Assembly: GCA_045863295.1 (NCBI GenBank)
Contig: BTWA01000036.1
Span: 1-63,239, forward strand
Direction: 5' to 3'
DNA from: Candidatus Hydrogenedentota bacterium
GTDB lineage: Bacteria; Hydrogenedentota; Hydrogenedentia; Hydrogenedentales; SLHB01
DNA: 63,239 bases
Shown: one piece after another, positions 45,389-55,329 of the stretch
Layout: every line of letters begins with the position of its first letter
Numbering within the stretch: position 1 is the stretch's first letter
Position numbers and translations under genes: made by a program
The notes under the pieces: model-generated
What the model saw: only the letters and a program-made list of their open reading frames with translations
What the model was told of the DNA's origin: nothing
Database searches by the model: none

Positions 45389-46426
45389 ATGCGATCAAAG
45401 CTCCCACCCGCATGCGTTGCCACCCTATTGTATTGCGTCGCATTACAAGCCGAGCCGGGGCAGTGGTCCATGCAGGGGGAATCACTACTCTGCACTGGGA
45501 ATCAAGCAAGCCAACTCGCCTATGAAAACCTGGTGAAGGGTTCGATCTCCGTTAGAAGCACCTACGAAGCAGGAGGTCAGACCACAATAGTCTACGAAGA
45601 AGGAGTAGACTACACGGTAGACTATACGGCCGGCACCATGGCGCGCACGCCGGATTCTAGAATTCCGGATTTCGCATCCAACGTTCTTTATGGGCAAAAG
45701 GAATTTGATCACACCCTTTTTCCGGGGTTTGGCAATACATCTTTTTTTGTATTCGTGGACTATCAGGCGCACAATGGGTTCTTGATCGCTACAAAGTCCA
45801 ACCAGGTCCCTCGACTTGTTCAAACTTCTTCAAAACTGTCGGCTGGCGGCCCATTTAAAATCATTGCCTATGGCGACAGCATATCGGCAGGGGGCGATGC
45901 GACGTCTCTGCATCTCCAATTTCAGGAACGTTACGCCGCCTATCTGAGACAGCGCTTTCCAAAAGTGGAGATTACCGTTGAGAACGGAGCTACTGGAGGG
46001 GATTCCACGGTGCAGGGATTGGCCCGGTTGGAAGAGAAAGTACTGACGCGCTCCCCCGATCTCGTGCTCGTGGGCTTCGGTATGAACGATCATAACGTCA
46101 ATGGAGTGCCGTTGGATCGGTTTGAATCGAACCTGATTAGCATAGTCGAACAGATTCGGAGCCGAACAGCGGCCGATGTAATACTCATCTCGACGTTTCC
46201 ACCCAACGACGATTGGAAATTCGGATCGCATCGAATGGAAGACTATGCGGCGGCAACTCGCAAGGCGTCCGAATCGCTGAAGTGCGCGTATGCGGATGTG
46301 TATTCGGCATGGGTAAAACTACTTGATCGCAAGGAACCGTCGAGTCTCCTGGGAAACAACATTAATCATCCCAACGATTTTGGGCACTGGATATACTTTG
46401 AAGTCCTGAAAAACGTGGAGTTTTAG
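45389..46426 (+). CDS. SGNH/GDSL esterase with an extra N-terminal domain, secreted
   Basis: Signal peptide; 'IAYGDSIS', 'NGATGG', 'GFGMND', 'NHPNDFGH'. Confidence 0.85.
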   Translation: MRSKLPPACVATLLYCVALQAEPGQWSMQGESLLCTGNQASQLAYENLVKGSISVRSTYEAGGQTTIVYEEGVDYTVDYTAGTMARTPDSRIPDFASNVLYGQKEFDHTLFPGFGNTSFFVFVDYQAHNGFLIATKSNQVPRLVQTSSKLSAGGPFKIIAYGDSISAGGDATSLHLQFQERYAAYLRQRFPKVEITVENGATGGDSTVQGLARLEEKVLTRSPDLVLVGFGMNDHNVNGVPLDRFESNLISIVEQIRSRTAADVILISTFPPNDDWKFGSHRMEDYAAATRKASESLKCAYADVYSAWVKLLDRKEPSSLLGNNINHPNDFGHWIYFEVLKNVEF

Positions 46427-46570
46427 ACGGTTCCCTGGTCCAATCCAGCCGGGATTTTACAATATCCCGCAGTATGAGAAACGTGAAATCGTCCGTGACT
46501 GTACAACGCTATTTGCTGTAAAATACAGCCGTTCGGGACCTGTTTGTGCTGCAAGACGATGGGAGCCGCT

Positions 46571-49500
46571 GTGCGCGTGACTTTACGCACTGTCCGAAAC
46601 CTGACGCTGGTACTGTTGGGAGTGAGCTTGGCATCACATGCCCAGGCTACTCCAGACTTTGTACAACAGATCAAACCCATTCTAGAGAGAAGCTGCTATC
46701 CGTGTCACGGACCGGATAAGCAAAAGAGCAGTTACCGTCTGGACGTTCGTGACATTGCTTTGCGCGGGGGCGAAAGCGGTGAAACGGCCATCGTTCCGCA
46801 CAATGCTCAAGCCAGCCCACTCAATCAATATGTCAGTGGCGCAAAACCGGGAATGCAGATGCCCCCAGCCGACAGTGGCATACCCGCCCTGACATCGGAA
46901 GAACAGTCCCTTATCCGTGAGTGGATCAATGAAGGTCCAAGTTGGCCGGACGCTTTGGCCGGCGAAATCCCCGAGAACAGGCATCATTGGGCATTTCAGC
47001 CCGTAACAAGACCCCAACCGCCTACCATCGACGCCAACCCCATTGATGCGTTCATCCGCTACAGACTGGCACAGGATAACTTGGACATTTCCCCCGAGGC
47101 CGACAGGCGCACCCTCATCCGGCGTTTGTCTTTCGACTTACTTGGCCTGCCACCGTCCGCCGAGGAAGTGGAACAATTTGTCTCCGATCCGGGTGGCGAA
47201 GCCTATGCCAAAGTGGTCGAACGATATCTGGCCTCACCCCACTATGGCGAGCGCTGGGCGCGGCACTGGTTGGATGTGGCGCGCTACGCCGACACAAAAG
47301 GGTATGTCTACGACCGCGAAGAGGTTAAGTTCACACACAGCCATGTCTACCGGGATTGGGTCGTGGAGGCACTGAACAAAGACATGCCCTACGACCAATT
47401 CATCCGGCTTCAACTGGCGGCGGACGCCATTACGGACGGTGCCTCTCGGCAACATCTTGCCGCCATGGGCTTTCTAACGCTTGGCCAGAGGTTTCTGGGT
47501 GTCATGCCCGACATCATAGACGACCGAATTGATACGGTAACGCGCGGTCTCATGGGGCTCACAGTCAGTTGTGCCCGTTGCCACGACCACAAGTTCGATC
47601 CCTTTCCTACAGCCGATTACTACTCGCTGTATGGCGTCTTCTCGGCCAGTTCAGAACGTACGGTACCGCTGAACCCTGCTGAACTGGATGACGCGCGCAA
47701 TTCCGCGTTCATGAAGGAGATGAAGTCACGTGAATCAAAACTCCGCGAGATTTTCACGACCAGAAGCCGCGAACTGGAAGTCCGATTGCGCGCGCAAGTC
47801 GAACGTTACCTCGCCGAGGTGCCCAATGCAGACCAACTGCCTACGGATGACTTCTATCAGATATTGAGCGCGGAAGACATCAATCCAACCATGGTCCGGC
47901 GCTGGGCTTCCTACATTCAAAAACGCGGCAACGATGATTCGATATTCGGTGCGTGGAATCGGTTGGCGTCCCTGCCGGCAGAAGAGTTCGGTAGCGGTGT
48001 TCTGTCGATCCTTGCCGAGTTGAATTCCTTTCCCACTCAGGAAAAGGTGGTCTTTGCAGTCAACGATTCGGGGGCAAAGCCGTCCGTAAACGCCTCGGTG
48101 CTTGCTGCGTTGTCGAACGATCCTCCTGGTTCTTTCGACGAAGTGGCTGCGCGATACGGTGCCCTGTTTCAAAGCGTAAATGACGAATGGCTGGCCGCTC
48201 TTCAAGCATCCGAATTGAACGATACGGCGACTCCGACCCGTCTATCCGATCCGAATCGGGAGTCTATCCGCCAACTGCTGTACGATGATGGATCGCCCGT
48301 GCGCGTGCCTAACGGCGCTATTGTCGACTTGGAATGGATGTTTGATGAACCTGTCCGTGTCGAATTGGCAAAGCTTTACGCGGAGATTGATCGCTGGATT
48401 ATCACCGCCGACGGCGCCCCAAGCTACGCCGTGGTCCTTGTGGACAAGCCGGATGCACCTATGCCGCGGATATTCAAACGTGGCAATCCGGCAATGCCCG
48501 GAACTCCCGTACCGAGACAATTTCTGGAATTGATTTCCGGGCCAAATCGCAAGCCATTCACAGCGGGTAGCGGCCGGCTTGAAATGGCGGAGGCGATTGC
48601 CAGCAAGAATAACCCAATGACTGCCCGCGTTATGGTAAATCGAATCTGGGCGTGGCATTTCGGTAAAGGCTTGGTCTCCACTCCCAGTGACTTTGGCACC
48701 CGATCGAATCCTCCCAGTCATCCCGAATTGTTGGATTGGCTCGCAGCGTACTTGATGGACCACGAATGGTCATTGAAGGCGCTCCACAGGCAGATTGTGC
48801 TCTCAAAAACATACCGCCAATCCAGTATGGCTCCGCCAGATGACAATCGGGTTGAACGCGCCACGAGGTTGGACCCGGAAAACAAGTTGTTGTGGAAGTA
48901 CGATCGGCGGCGCCTCGAATTCGAAGCGATGCGCGACGCATTGTTGATGGCCTCAGGGGAAATCGACCTGAACCTGGGTGGGCGGCCTGTTGATCTGACG
49001 GCCGAACCGTTCAACACAAAGCGAACGCTTTATGGCCGTGTCGATAGGCAGTTCCTCCCTCCCGTGTATCGCAACTTCGATTTTCCAAGTCCCGATATGC
49101 ACAGTCCTCAGCGCCCAGGAACCACAGTCCCGCAGCAGGCGCTCTATCTAATGAACAATGCGTTCATACAGGGTAGGGCACGTGCGCTGGCCGCCAGAAC
49201 CGAGTCTACTTCCGAGAGAGAGCGCGTCGAGCGTTTTTACGAATGCGTTTACCAACGTGCTCCATCCCAGGATGAAGTACTCCGCTCCCTGGCGTTCATC
49301 GCATCAGCCGAGGCATCCACTCCGCCTCCCGCGCCACCGCAGGAGCCGAGTGCATGGTCCTATGGATATGGAAAGCTGGACGCAGCCAGTGGAATGACCG
49401 TCGAATTCACGCCGTTGCCTCATTTTACCGGTTCAGCGTGGCAAGGCGGACCGGCGTGGCCCGACGGTGCAACTGGATGGGCTCAATTGACAGCCGAAGG

Positions 49501-49933
49501 AGGCCATCCGGGTAATGATTTGGACCACGCAGTCATTCGCCGTTGGACCGCCCCCGTTGCAGGAAAGGTGAATATCTCCGGACGTATCGTGCATGCGCGC
49601 ACGGAAGGGGATGGTATTGTGGCACGTATTGTCAGCAGCCGATCGGGCACTCTGGGCGTCTGGTACATGCATAACACATCATCGGACTCCAACCTGTTTG
49701 ACATTGCAGTAGAAGCTGGAGACGCAATCGATTTTATGGTGGATATCCGTGAAGTGCTCAACAGCGATGAGCACCTGTGGGCGCCTGTTGTAACGCTGAC
49801 GGGCACCACCACAGCCTGGGATGCCAGAAAGGAATTTGCGGGACCTTACGAAGCCCCGCCGCTACCGCTCAATGCGTGGGAAAAGTTCGCGCAAGTTCTG
49901 CTTTCATCCAATGAGTTCCTGTTTGTCGATTGA
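46571..49933 (+). CDS. PSD1/planctomycete cytochrome c domain protein (DUF1549/DUF1553) with an extra C-terminal beta domain
   Basis: 'IKPILERSCYPCHG', 'WLDVARYADTKG', 'CARCHDHKFDP', 'PSHPELLDWLA', 'TTVPQQALYLMN', terminal 'SNEFLFVD'; start uncertain (46559-46577). Confidence 0.92.
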   Translation: MRVTLRTVRNLTLVLLGVSLASHAQATPDFVQQIKPILERSCYPCHGPDKQKSSYRLDVRDIALRGGESGETAIVPHNAQASPLNQYVSGAKPGMQMPPADSGIPALTSEEQSLIREWINEGPSWPDALAGEIPENRHHWAFQPVTRPQPPTIDANPIDAFIRYRLAQDNLDISPEADRRTLIRRLSFDLLGLPPSAEEVEQFVSDPGGEAYAKVVERYLASPHYGERWARHWLDVARYADTKGYVYDREEVKFTHSHVYRDWVVEALNKDMPYDQFIRLQLAADAITDGASRQHLAAMGFLTLGQRFLGVMPDIIDDRIDTVTRGLMGLTVSCARCHDHKFDPFPTADYYSLYGVFSASSERTVPLNPAELDDARNSAFMKEMKSRESKLREIFTTRSRELEVRLRAQVERYLAEVPNADQLPTDDFYQILSAEDINPTMVRRWASYIQKRGNDDSIFGAWNRLASLPAEEFGSGVLSILAELNSFPTQEKVVFAVNDSGAKPSVNASVLAALSNDPPGSFDEVAARYGALFQSVNDEWLAALQASELNDTATPTRLSDPNRESIRQLLYDDGSPVRVPNGAIVDLEWMFDEPVRVELAKLYAEIDRWIITADGAPSYAVVLVDKPDAPMPRIFKRGNPAMPGTPVPRQFLELISGPNRKPFTAGSGRLEMAEAIASKNNPMTARVMVNRIWAWHFGKGLVSTPSDFGTRSNPPSHPELLDWLAAYLMDHEWSLKALHRQIVLSKTYRQSSMAPPDDNRVERATRLDPENKLLWKYDRRRLEFEAMRDALLMASGEIDLNLGGRPVDLTAEPFNTKRTLYGRVDRQFLPPVYRNFDFPSPDMHSPQRPGTTVPQQALYLMNNAFIQGRARALAARTESTSERERVERFYECVYQRAPSQDEVLRSLAFIASAEASTPPPAPPQEPSAWSYGYGKLDAASGMTVEFTPLPHFTGSAWQGGPAWPDGATGWAQLTAEGGHPGNDLDHAVIRRWTAPVAGKVNISGRIVHARTEGDGIVARIVSSRSGTLGVWYMHNTSSDSNLFDIAVEAGDAIDFMVDIREVLNSDEHLWAPVVTLTGTTTAWDARKEFAGPYEAPPLPLNAWEKFAQVLLSSNEFLFVD

Positions 49934-49981
49934 CGAAGCCATGCGGCCGTAATGGCGCTTGAATGCCGGGAGACCACTTGT

Positions 49982-51400
49982 ATGTCGCACCATAGACCGC
50001 GGGTCGAGGACACTATCCTCACTCGGCGCGAGTATTTGTGCCGTTGCGGTATGGGGATGGGCGCGCTTTCGTTGGGGCACTTGCTCGCCGGCTCCCCGGC
50101 GCATGCTACTAATCCCATGGAAGCGCGGCCGGCCCATTTTCCAGGTACGGCAAAACGCGTCATCCATTTCTTTTTGAATGGCGGTCCGTCGCACGTCGAT
50201 ACATTCGATCCCAAGCCAGCATTGGAGAAATATGCGGGAAAAATGCTGCCTACGGAAAATCTGCGTACCGAGCGAAAAACCGGCGCGGCCTTCCCATCGC
50301 CCTTCAAGTTCAGGAAACACGGCGAGAGTGGCATCGAAGTCAGTGAGCTGTTCGAGAAAACCGCAGCCCACATCGACGACATTGCGGTCATAAGGTCGCT
50401 AAAGGCCAAGGTGCCGAACCACGAGCCTTCATTAATGCTGATGAACACGGGCGACGCTGTGTTGAGCCGCCCGAGCCTGGGTTCGTGGACCACATACGGT
50501 CTGGGTTCGGAAAACGAGAACCTCCCGGGATTCGTCGTGATGTGCCCCGGCGGTTATCCCATCAAGGATACGGAGAATTGGCGTTCAGGATTTCTCCCGG
50601 GTACTTTTCAAGGCACATTCGTAGACTCCCAGCATACGTCAATTGACAAACTCATCGAGAACATTAGAAACAGAAATACATCTCGCGAAGAACAACGTCA
50701 GCAACTGGACCTGCTCCAAGCCATGAACTCGGAGCACGCCGCGGCACGAAATTTTGACCCCAAACTGGATGCCCAAATCCAATCGTTCGAACTGGCCTAC
50801 CGGATGCAAATGGAGGCGGCGGATGCCTTCGACATCCAAAAGGAACCCGAATACATTCGTGCGATGTATGGAGAAACGGTTCACGCCCGGCAAACGCTAA
50901 TCGCCCGCCGGTTGCTGGAACGCGGCGTCCGATTCGTGCAACTTTGGCACGGCGCGGGGCAGCCGTGGGATAACCACGACGACATCGGCGGGCATATCAA
51001 ATTATCAAAAGACATTGACCAACCCATCGCCGCGCTCATTGCCGATCTAAAGCAACGCGGAATGCTGGACGATACGTTGATTATCTGGGGAGGGGAGTTT
51101 GGACGCACTCCCACCGTCGAATTGCAGGCTAATGGAACGCCGATGAAGGGCCGAGATCACAACCCCTACGGCTTCAGCATGTGGATGGCGGGCGGCGGGA
51201 TAAAGGGCGGCACGGTCTATGGTGCAACCGATGAGTTCGGTTTCCAGGCCGTCGAGAACGTGGCGGAGATCCATGACTTGCACGCCACGATTCTTCACTT
51301 ACTGGGGTTCGACCACGAGAAGTTCACGTACCGCTACGCGGGTAGGGATTTTCGATTGACTGACGTGCACGGAAATGTGATCCACGACATTGTTGCGTAA
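49982..51400 (+). CDS. DUF1501 family protein, Tat signal
   Basis: 'TRREYL'; 'GGPSHVDTFDPKP', 'NHE', 'WDNH', 'GEFGRTP', 'GRDHN', 'RLTDVHG'. Confidence 0.93.
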   Translation: MSHHRPRVEDTILTRREYLCRCGMGMGALSLGHLLAGSPAHATNPMEARPAHFPGTAKRVIHFFLNGGPSHVDTFDPKPALEKYAGKMLPTENLRTERKTGAAFPSPFKFRKHGESGIEVSELFEKTAAHIDDIAVIRSLKAKVPNHEPSLMLMNTGDAVLSRPSLGSWTTYGLGSENENLPGFVVMCPGGYPIKDTENWRSGFLPGTFQGTFVDSQHTSIDKLIENIRNRNTSREEQRQQLDLLQAMNSEHAAARNFDPKLDAQIQSFELAYRMQMEAADAFDIQKEPEYIRAMYGETVHARQTLIARRLLERGVRFVQLWHGAGQPWDNHDDIGGHIKLSKDIDQPIAALIADLKQRGMLDDTLIIWGGEFGRTPTVELQANGTPMKGRDHNPYGFSMWMAGGGIKGGTVYGATDEFGFQAVENVAEIHDLHATILHLLGFDHEKFTYRYAGRDFRLTDVHGNVIHDIVA

Positions 51401-51543
51401 CCGCCAGTCGCGTAGCATTGGTCTTTTGTCCGGCTTGATTGTGTTCAGTCCGTCGATCTCGGAATCTGAGAGTTGGCGACAAATTGTTCCCTTGCCACTT
51501 TCGGCGACACCCGTCTGCAGACCCAGACGTGTTGAGTTATCGA

Positions 51544-52266
51544 ATGCAATTGGAGCGTACTGCTGTGTGTCTGGCAAATTCGATTGGGATATCTTCTGCT
51601 CTGCTGCTTGGCATCGCGCTATACAACACGCCCCCGTCTGCCAAAGACTGGGCCCCACTCTTTGCAGAGGAAGGCGTACCGCAGGATTGGGTTGTCCGAT
51701 CGTGGGATGACGTCAGCAAGCCCGCGCCACCTGATGCCGTATGGCGGGTCGATGGCTCCGGCGTCTTGCACGGCTCCGATCCGCGGGGCACCTGGCTTGT
51801 TTCGAAATCGGAATACGAAAATTTTATCCTGGAGTTTGAATGGAAACTGGGAGAACGCGGCAACAGCGGCTGCGGTATTCGTTTTCCAGGTGCGGGTGAT
51901 CCCGCATTTGACGGTCTGGAAATCCAAATGTGCGACGCCCGTTATAATGAAGGGCGCGACAGTGACGACAAATTGACCGGATCTATCTACAAGGCCATAG
52001 CACCGGCAAAACAGCTGTACAAGCCGGAAGCATGGAACCACTTTGTCATAACGGCCGACGGGATGCACATCACAGTCGAATTGAACGGCGAAAAAGTGCA
52101 GGACATCCGGCTTTCCGATTTCACAACATCGATTGAGCGCCACGATGGAACACTTGCTCCCGCGTTGAAAGAACGGCCCGCTAGAGGCCATATTGGCTTT
52201 CAGGAACTCAGCCGTGGCGGTGGCCATGTGATGATTCGCAACGCACGCATAAAGGTCCTCGAATAA
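51544..52266 (+). CDS. DUF1080 / 3-keto-disaccharide hydrolase family protein
   Basis: 'YENFILEFEWK', 'GNSGCGIR', 'GLEIQMCD', 'TGSIY', 'WNHFVI', 'GHIGFQ', 'IRNARIKVL'. Confidence 0.88.
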   Translation: MQLERTAVCLANSIGISSALLLGIALYNTPPSAKDWAPLFAEEGVPQDWVVRSWDDVSKPAPPDAVWRVDGSGVLHGSDPRGTWLVSKSEYENFILEFEWKLGERGNSGCGIRFPGAGDPAFDGLEIQMCDARYNEGRDSDDKLTGSIYKAIAPAKQLYKPEAWNHFVITADGMHITVELNGEKVQDIRLSDFTTSIERHDGTLAPALKERPARGHIGFQELSRGGGHVMIRNARIKVLE

Positions 52267-52350
52267 AGTACGAAAACCGAATTGTCCGTCGTCTGGCTAC
52301 GTGTACATGCCACATCATGGTTCACTTAAGCTTGAGGTAAATTCGCTCTG

Positions 52351-55326
52351 ATGCGACTCATTTCTCTACTGGGTATGGGACTGGCCATCGTGCAACCCTG
52401 CGGATTCGCGTTTACAGTACCGGATTTTGCCACACAGGTCCGGCCCATATTCGAAAAGCACTGCTACCGTTGCCATGGACCGGAAGCGCAAAAGAGCGGT
52501 TACCGGCTCGACAACCGCAATATTGCCCTTAAAGGAGGCGATTCCGGTAAAGCCGCCATTACCCCCCACGATGCGGCAAATAGCCCGCTCATTCGATTCG
52601 TTACGGGACAAGACCCAGACGTACTCATGCCTCCCAGCCGCGCGGGTACCCCCACGCTGACCGCAGAAGAAGTCGCCATTCTTCGCGCATGGATTGATGC
52701 AGGTCCAGCGTGGCCAGATGAGTTTGCCGGTGAGTTGCCGGTCCAGGAAATCCATTGGTCGCTCTTGGCACTTGCAAAGCCCGAAGTTCCAATCGAATGT
52801 ACAAACCCCATTGACGCCTTTGTTCAGGCGAAATTGGCTAAACACGGTATCACGCCATCGCCACGCGCAGATCGCCGGACATTATTGAAACGACTCTACT
52901 ATGACCTCGTCGGCTTGCCGCCGACGCCTGAAGAGATGGATGCGTTTTGCGCCAATCAGGATCCCTTGGTCTATGAAAGCAAAGTCGATGAACTGTTATC
53001 CTCACCGCGACTCGGAGAACGGTGGGCACGCCACTGGCTGGATACCATTCACTTTGCCGATTCGCATGGGTACGAGCACGACATCGCACGGGAAAACGCA
53101 TGGCGATACCGGGATTATGTGATCCAGGCGATTAACAACGATACGCCCTGGCCGCGATTTGTCAAAGAGCAAATCGCTGCCGACATCTTTTATCCCAATG
53201 AGCCATGGCTCACGCCCGCATTGGGTTATTTGGGCGCCGGCACATTTGACTTGAGCACGTACAGCACGGCACCGGTTACATTCGACTACCTTGACCGGGA
53301 CGATCTCGTCACCCAGACCGCGGCGGCCTTTTTCAGTACCACGGCAAATTGTGCTCGTTGCCACACCCACAAGTTTGATCCAATTCCCCAAGAAGACTAC
53401 TACGCGTTGCAGGCCGTTTTTTCCGGTATTTTGAAGGGCGACTTGGCCTACGACGAGAATGCGCAGGTCGCGCAGGATCGAAGACACTGGCAGAAAGTGC
53501 AGGCGGCCGCCAAGACCATGGACACCGGCACCCTTCTAACGCACGAAAACGACACCCTTGTTCAAGAATGGCTTTCGCGTCGAGGCACTGGTGCAACATG
53601 GTCGCCATTAGCAATAGAGACTTTTCTGTCAGCTGAGGGCGCAACCCAGATCCGCGACGCCGAAGGGACGATTCGCGTCAACGGTAAACTACCGGAAAAG
53701 GATACCTATACCGTTACCGGCACGACGAAATTGACCGAAGTTACTGCCTTGCGCCTTCAAGTACTTGCCGAAGGATCGCTCCCGGCAGGTGGCCCTGGCC
53801 GCGCTGAGAATGGCAACTTTCATCTCAGCGAAATCGAGATGAATGTTTTTGAACCGGGCACGGCCGAACCGCGCAAAATCGCATTTAAACGTGCAACAGC
53901 CGATTTCAGTCAGGCGGAATGGGAAGTCGACAAGGCATTGGATGGGCGCTCCGGATCCGCCTGGGGCATCCACCCTGCTGAAGGGAAGCCGCATTACGCT
54001 GTATTTGAACTGGCGGAACCTTTGGCGATCGAGTCCGAGAGCAGGCTGGTAATCACGCTCAAGCAATTGCATGGCGGCAGCCATCTCATTGGCGCCTTTG
54101 CGTTATCGCTGACATCGGATTCGCCTGAGAAGACTGTCGCGACACCAGCCGATGCAGAGGCCGCTATGGCCATCCCCGAACACGACCGCAAGGAGCTACA
54201 TCACGCGGCAATTGCCGCCTTTGCACTTCGCTTTATCGCGGAAGACGCACTGGCGAGCTTGCCCGAACAGTCCCGCGTATTCGCGGCGGCCAAGGCGGTT
54301 GACATTCTCGCGGGAGATCCGCCCCGGGATCCAAAATCGCTGCCGGAGCCGAAAACGGTTCATCTACTTCAGCGCGGCGACTTCGACAAACCCGGAGATG
54401 CGGTCCCTCCGGGCGCCTTGTCCGCCCTCCAACACCTGCCCGCGCGATTCGTGCTGAATGATCCACGTAATGAGGGCGAACGTCGGGCTGCTTTGGCGGA
54501 ATGGATTGTGCATCCGGACAATGTCTTGAGTTGGCGGAGCATTGTCAATCGAGTATGGCACTACCACTTCGGTCGCGGTCTGTGCGAAACACCCAGCGAT
54601 TTTGGCGAGATGGGCGATGCGCCGTCGCATCCCGAATTGATCGACTGGCTCGCCGTCTGGTTCCGGGACGAGGCAAAGGGATCGCTGAAGGCGCTTCACA
54701 GACTGATTGTTACCAGCGAAACATACAAGCAGTCGTCTGAGTATCGAGACGACGGTGCGGAAAAGGATTCAGGAAACCGCTATCTATGGCGGCAGAACCG
54801 GCACCGGCTGGACGCCGATGCCTTCAGGGATTTCACCTTGGCCGTAGCTGGAACGCTGGACTTGTCCATGGGCGGCCCCGCGGTACAACACTTCTCGCAG
54901 AGCAAAGGTCCCCAGTTAACGCCAGCGCTGGACTACAAGGACTTTGACTGGAACGGACCGGGTGCGGGACGCCGCAGCATCTATCGATTTGTATGGCGCG
55001 GAATCCCCGATCCGCTTTTGGAAGCATTGGACTTCCCCGACTTGGGGTTGCTTTCTCCGGTTCGCGGGTTTTCGGCTTCCTCGCTTCAAGCCCTCACGAT
55101 GTACAACAACGAATTTGTACTGCATCACAGCCGTGCGTTGGCGGAGCGCTTGCGTAAAGAAGCACCGGATACCAAGAGTCAAATCCAACGTGCTGCCCGC
55201 CTCGTTTGGCTACGCGACGCGGATCCAGCGGAAGTGGAGGCGTATGCCGCGTTTGCGGAAAAATACGGCCTCGAATCCTTCTGCCGTGTTATGCTGAATA
55301 GCAACGAATACCTGTTCGTGGATTAG
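52351..55326 (+). CDS. PSD1/planctomycete cytochrome c domain protein (DUF1549/DUF1553) with a discoidin-like insert
   Basis: 'VRPIFEKHCYRCHG', 'WLDTIHFADSHG', 'CARCHTHKFDP', 'PSHPELIDWLA', 'RRSIY', terminal 'SNEYLFVD'. Confidence 0.92.
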   Translation: MRLISLLGMGLAIVQPCGFAFTVPDFATQVRPIFEKHCYRCHGPEAQKSGYRLDNRNIALKGGDSGKAAITPHDAANSPLIRFVTGQDPDVLMPPSRAGTPTLTAEEVAILRAWIDAGPAWPDEFAGELPVQEIHWSLLALAKPEVPIECTNPIDAFVQAKLAKHGITPSPRADRRTLLKRLYYDLVGLPPTPEEMDAFCANQDPLVYESKVDELLSSPRLGERWARHWLDTIHFADSHGYEHDIARENAWRYRDYVIQAINNDTPWPRFVKEQIAADIFYPNEPWLTPALGYLGAGTFDLSTYSTAPVTFDYLDRDDLVTQTAAAFFSTTANCARCHTHKFDPIPQEDYYALQAVFSGILKGDLAYDENAQVAQDRRHWQKVQAAAKTMDTGTLLTHENDTLVQEWLSRRGTGATWSPLAIETFLSAEGATQIRDAEGTIRVNGKLPEKDTYTVTGTTKLTEVTALRLQVLAEGSLPAGGPGRAENGNFHLSEIEMNVFEPGTAEPRKIAFKRATADFSQAEWEVDKALDGRSGSAWGIHPAEGKPHYAVFELAEPLAIESESRLVITLKQLHGGSHLIGAFALSLTSDSPEKTVATPADAEAAMAIPEHDRKELHHAAIAAFALRFIAEDALASLPEQSRVFAAAKAVDILAGDPPRDPKSLPEPKTVHLLQRGDFDKPGDAVPPGALSALQHLPARFVLNDPRNEGERRAALAEWIVHPDNVLSWRSIVNRVWHYHFGRGLCETPSDFGEMGDAPSHPELIDWLAVWFRDEAKGSLKALHRLIVTSETYKQSSEYRDDGAEKDSGNRYLWRQNRHRLDADAFRDFTLAVAGTLDLSMGGPAVQHFSQSKGPQLTPALDYKDFDWNGPGAGRRSIYRFVWRGIPDPLLEALDFPDLGLLSPVRGFSASSLQALTMYNNEFVLHHSRALAERLRKEAPDTKSQIQRAARLVWLRDADPAEVEAYAAFAEKYGLESFCRVMLNSNEYLFVD

Positions 55327-55329
55327 TTC

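Noticed and set aside
46450..46530. Imperfect palindromes CGGGAT..ATCCCG and GCTGTA-AAA-TACAGC upstream of the PSD1 cluster
   Set aside because: Possible operators, but there is no cognate regulator or second copy to support a call
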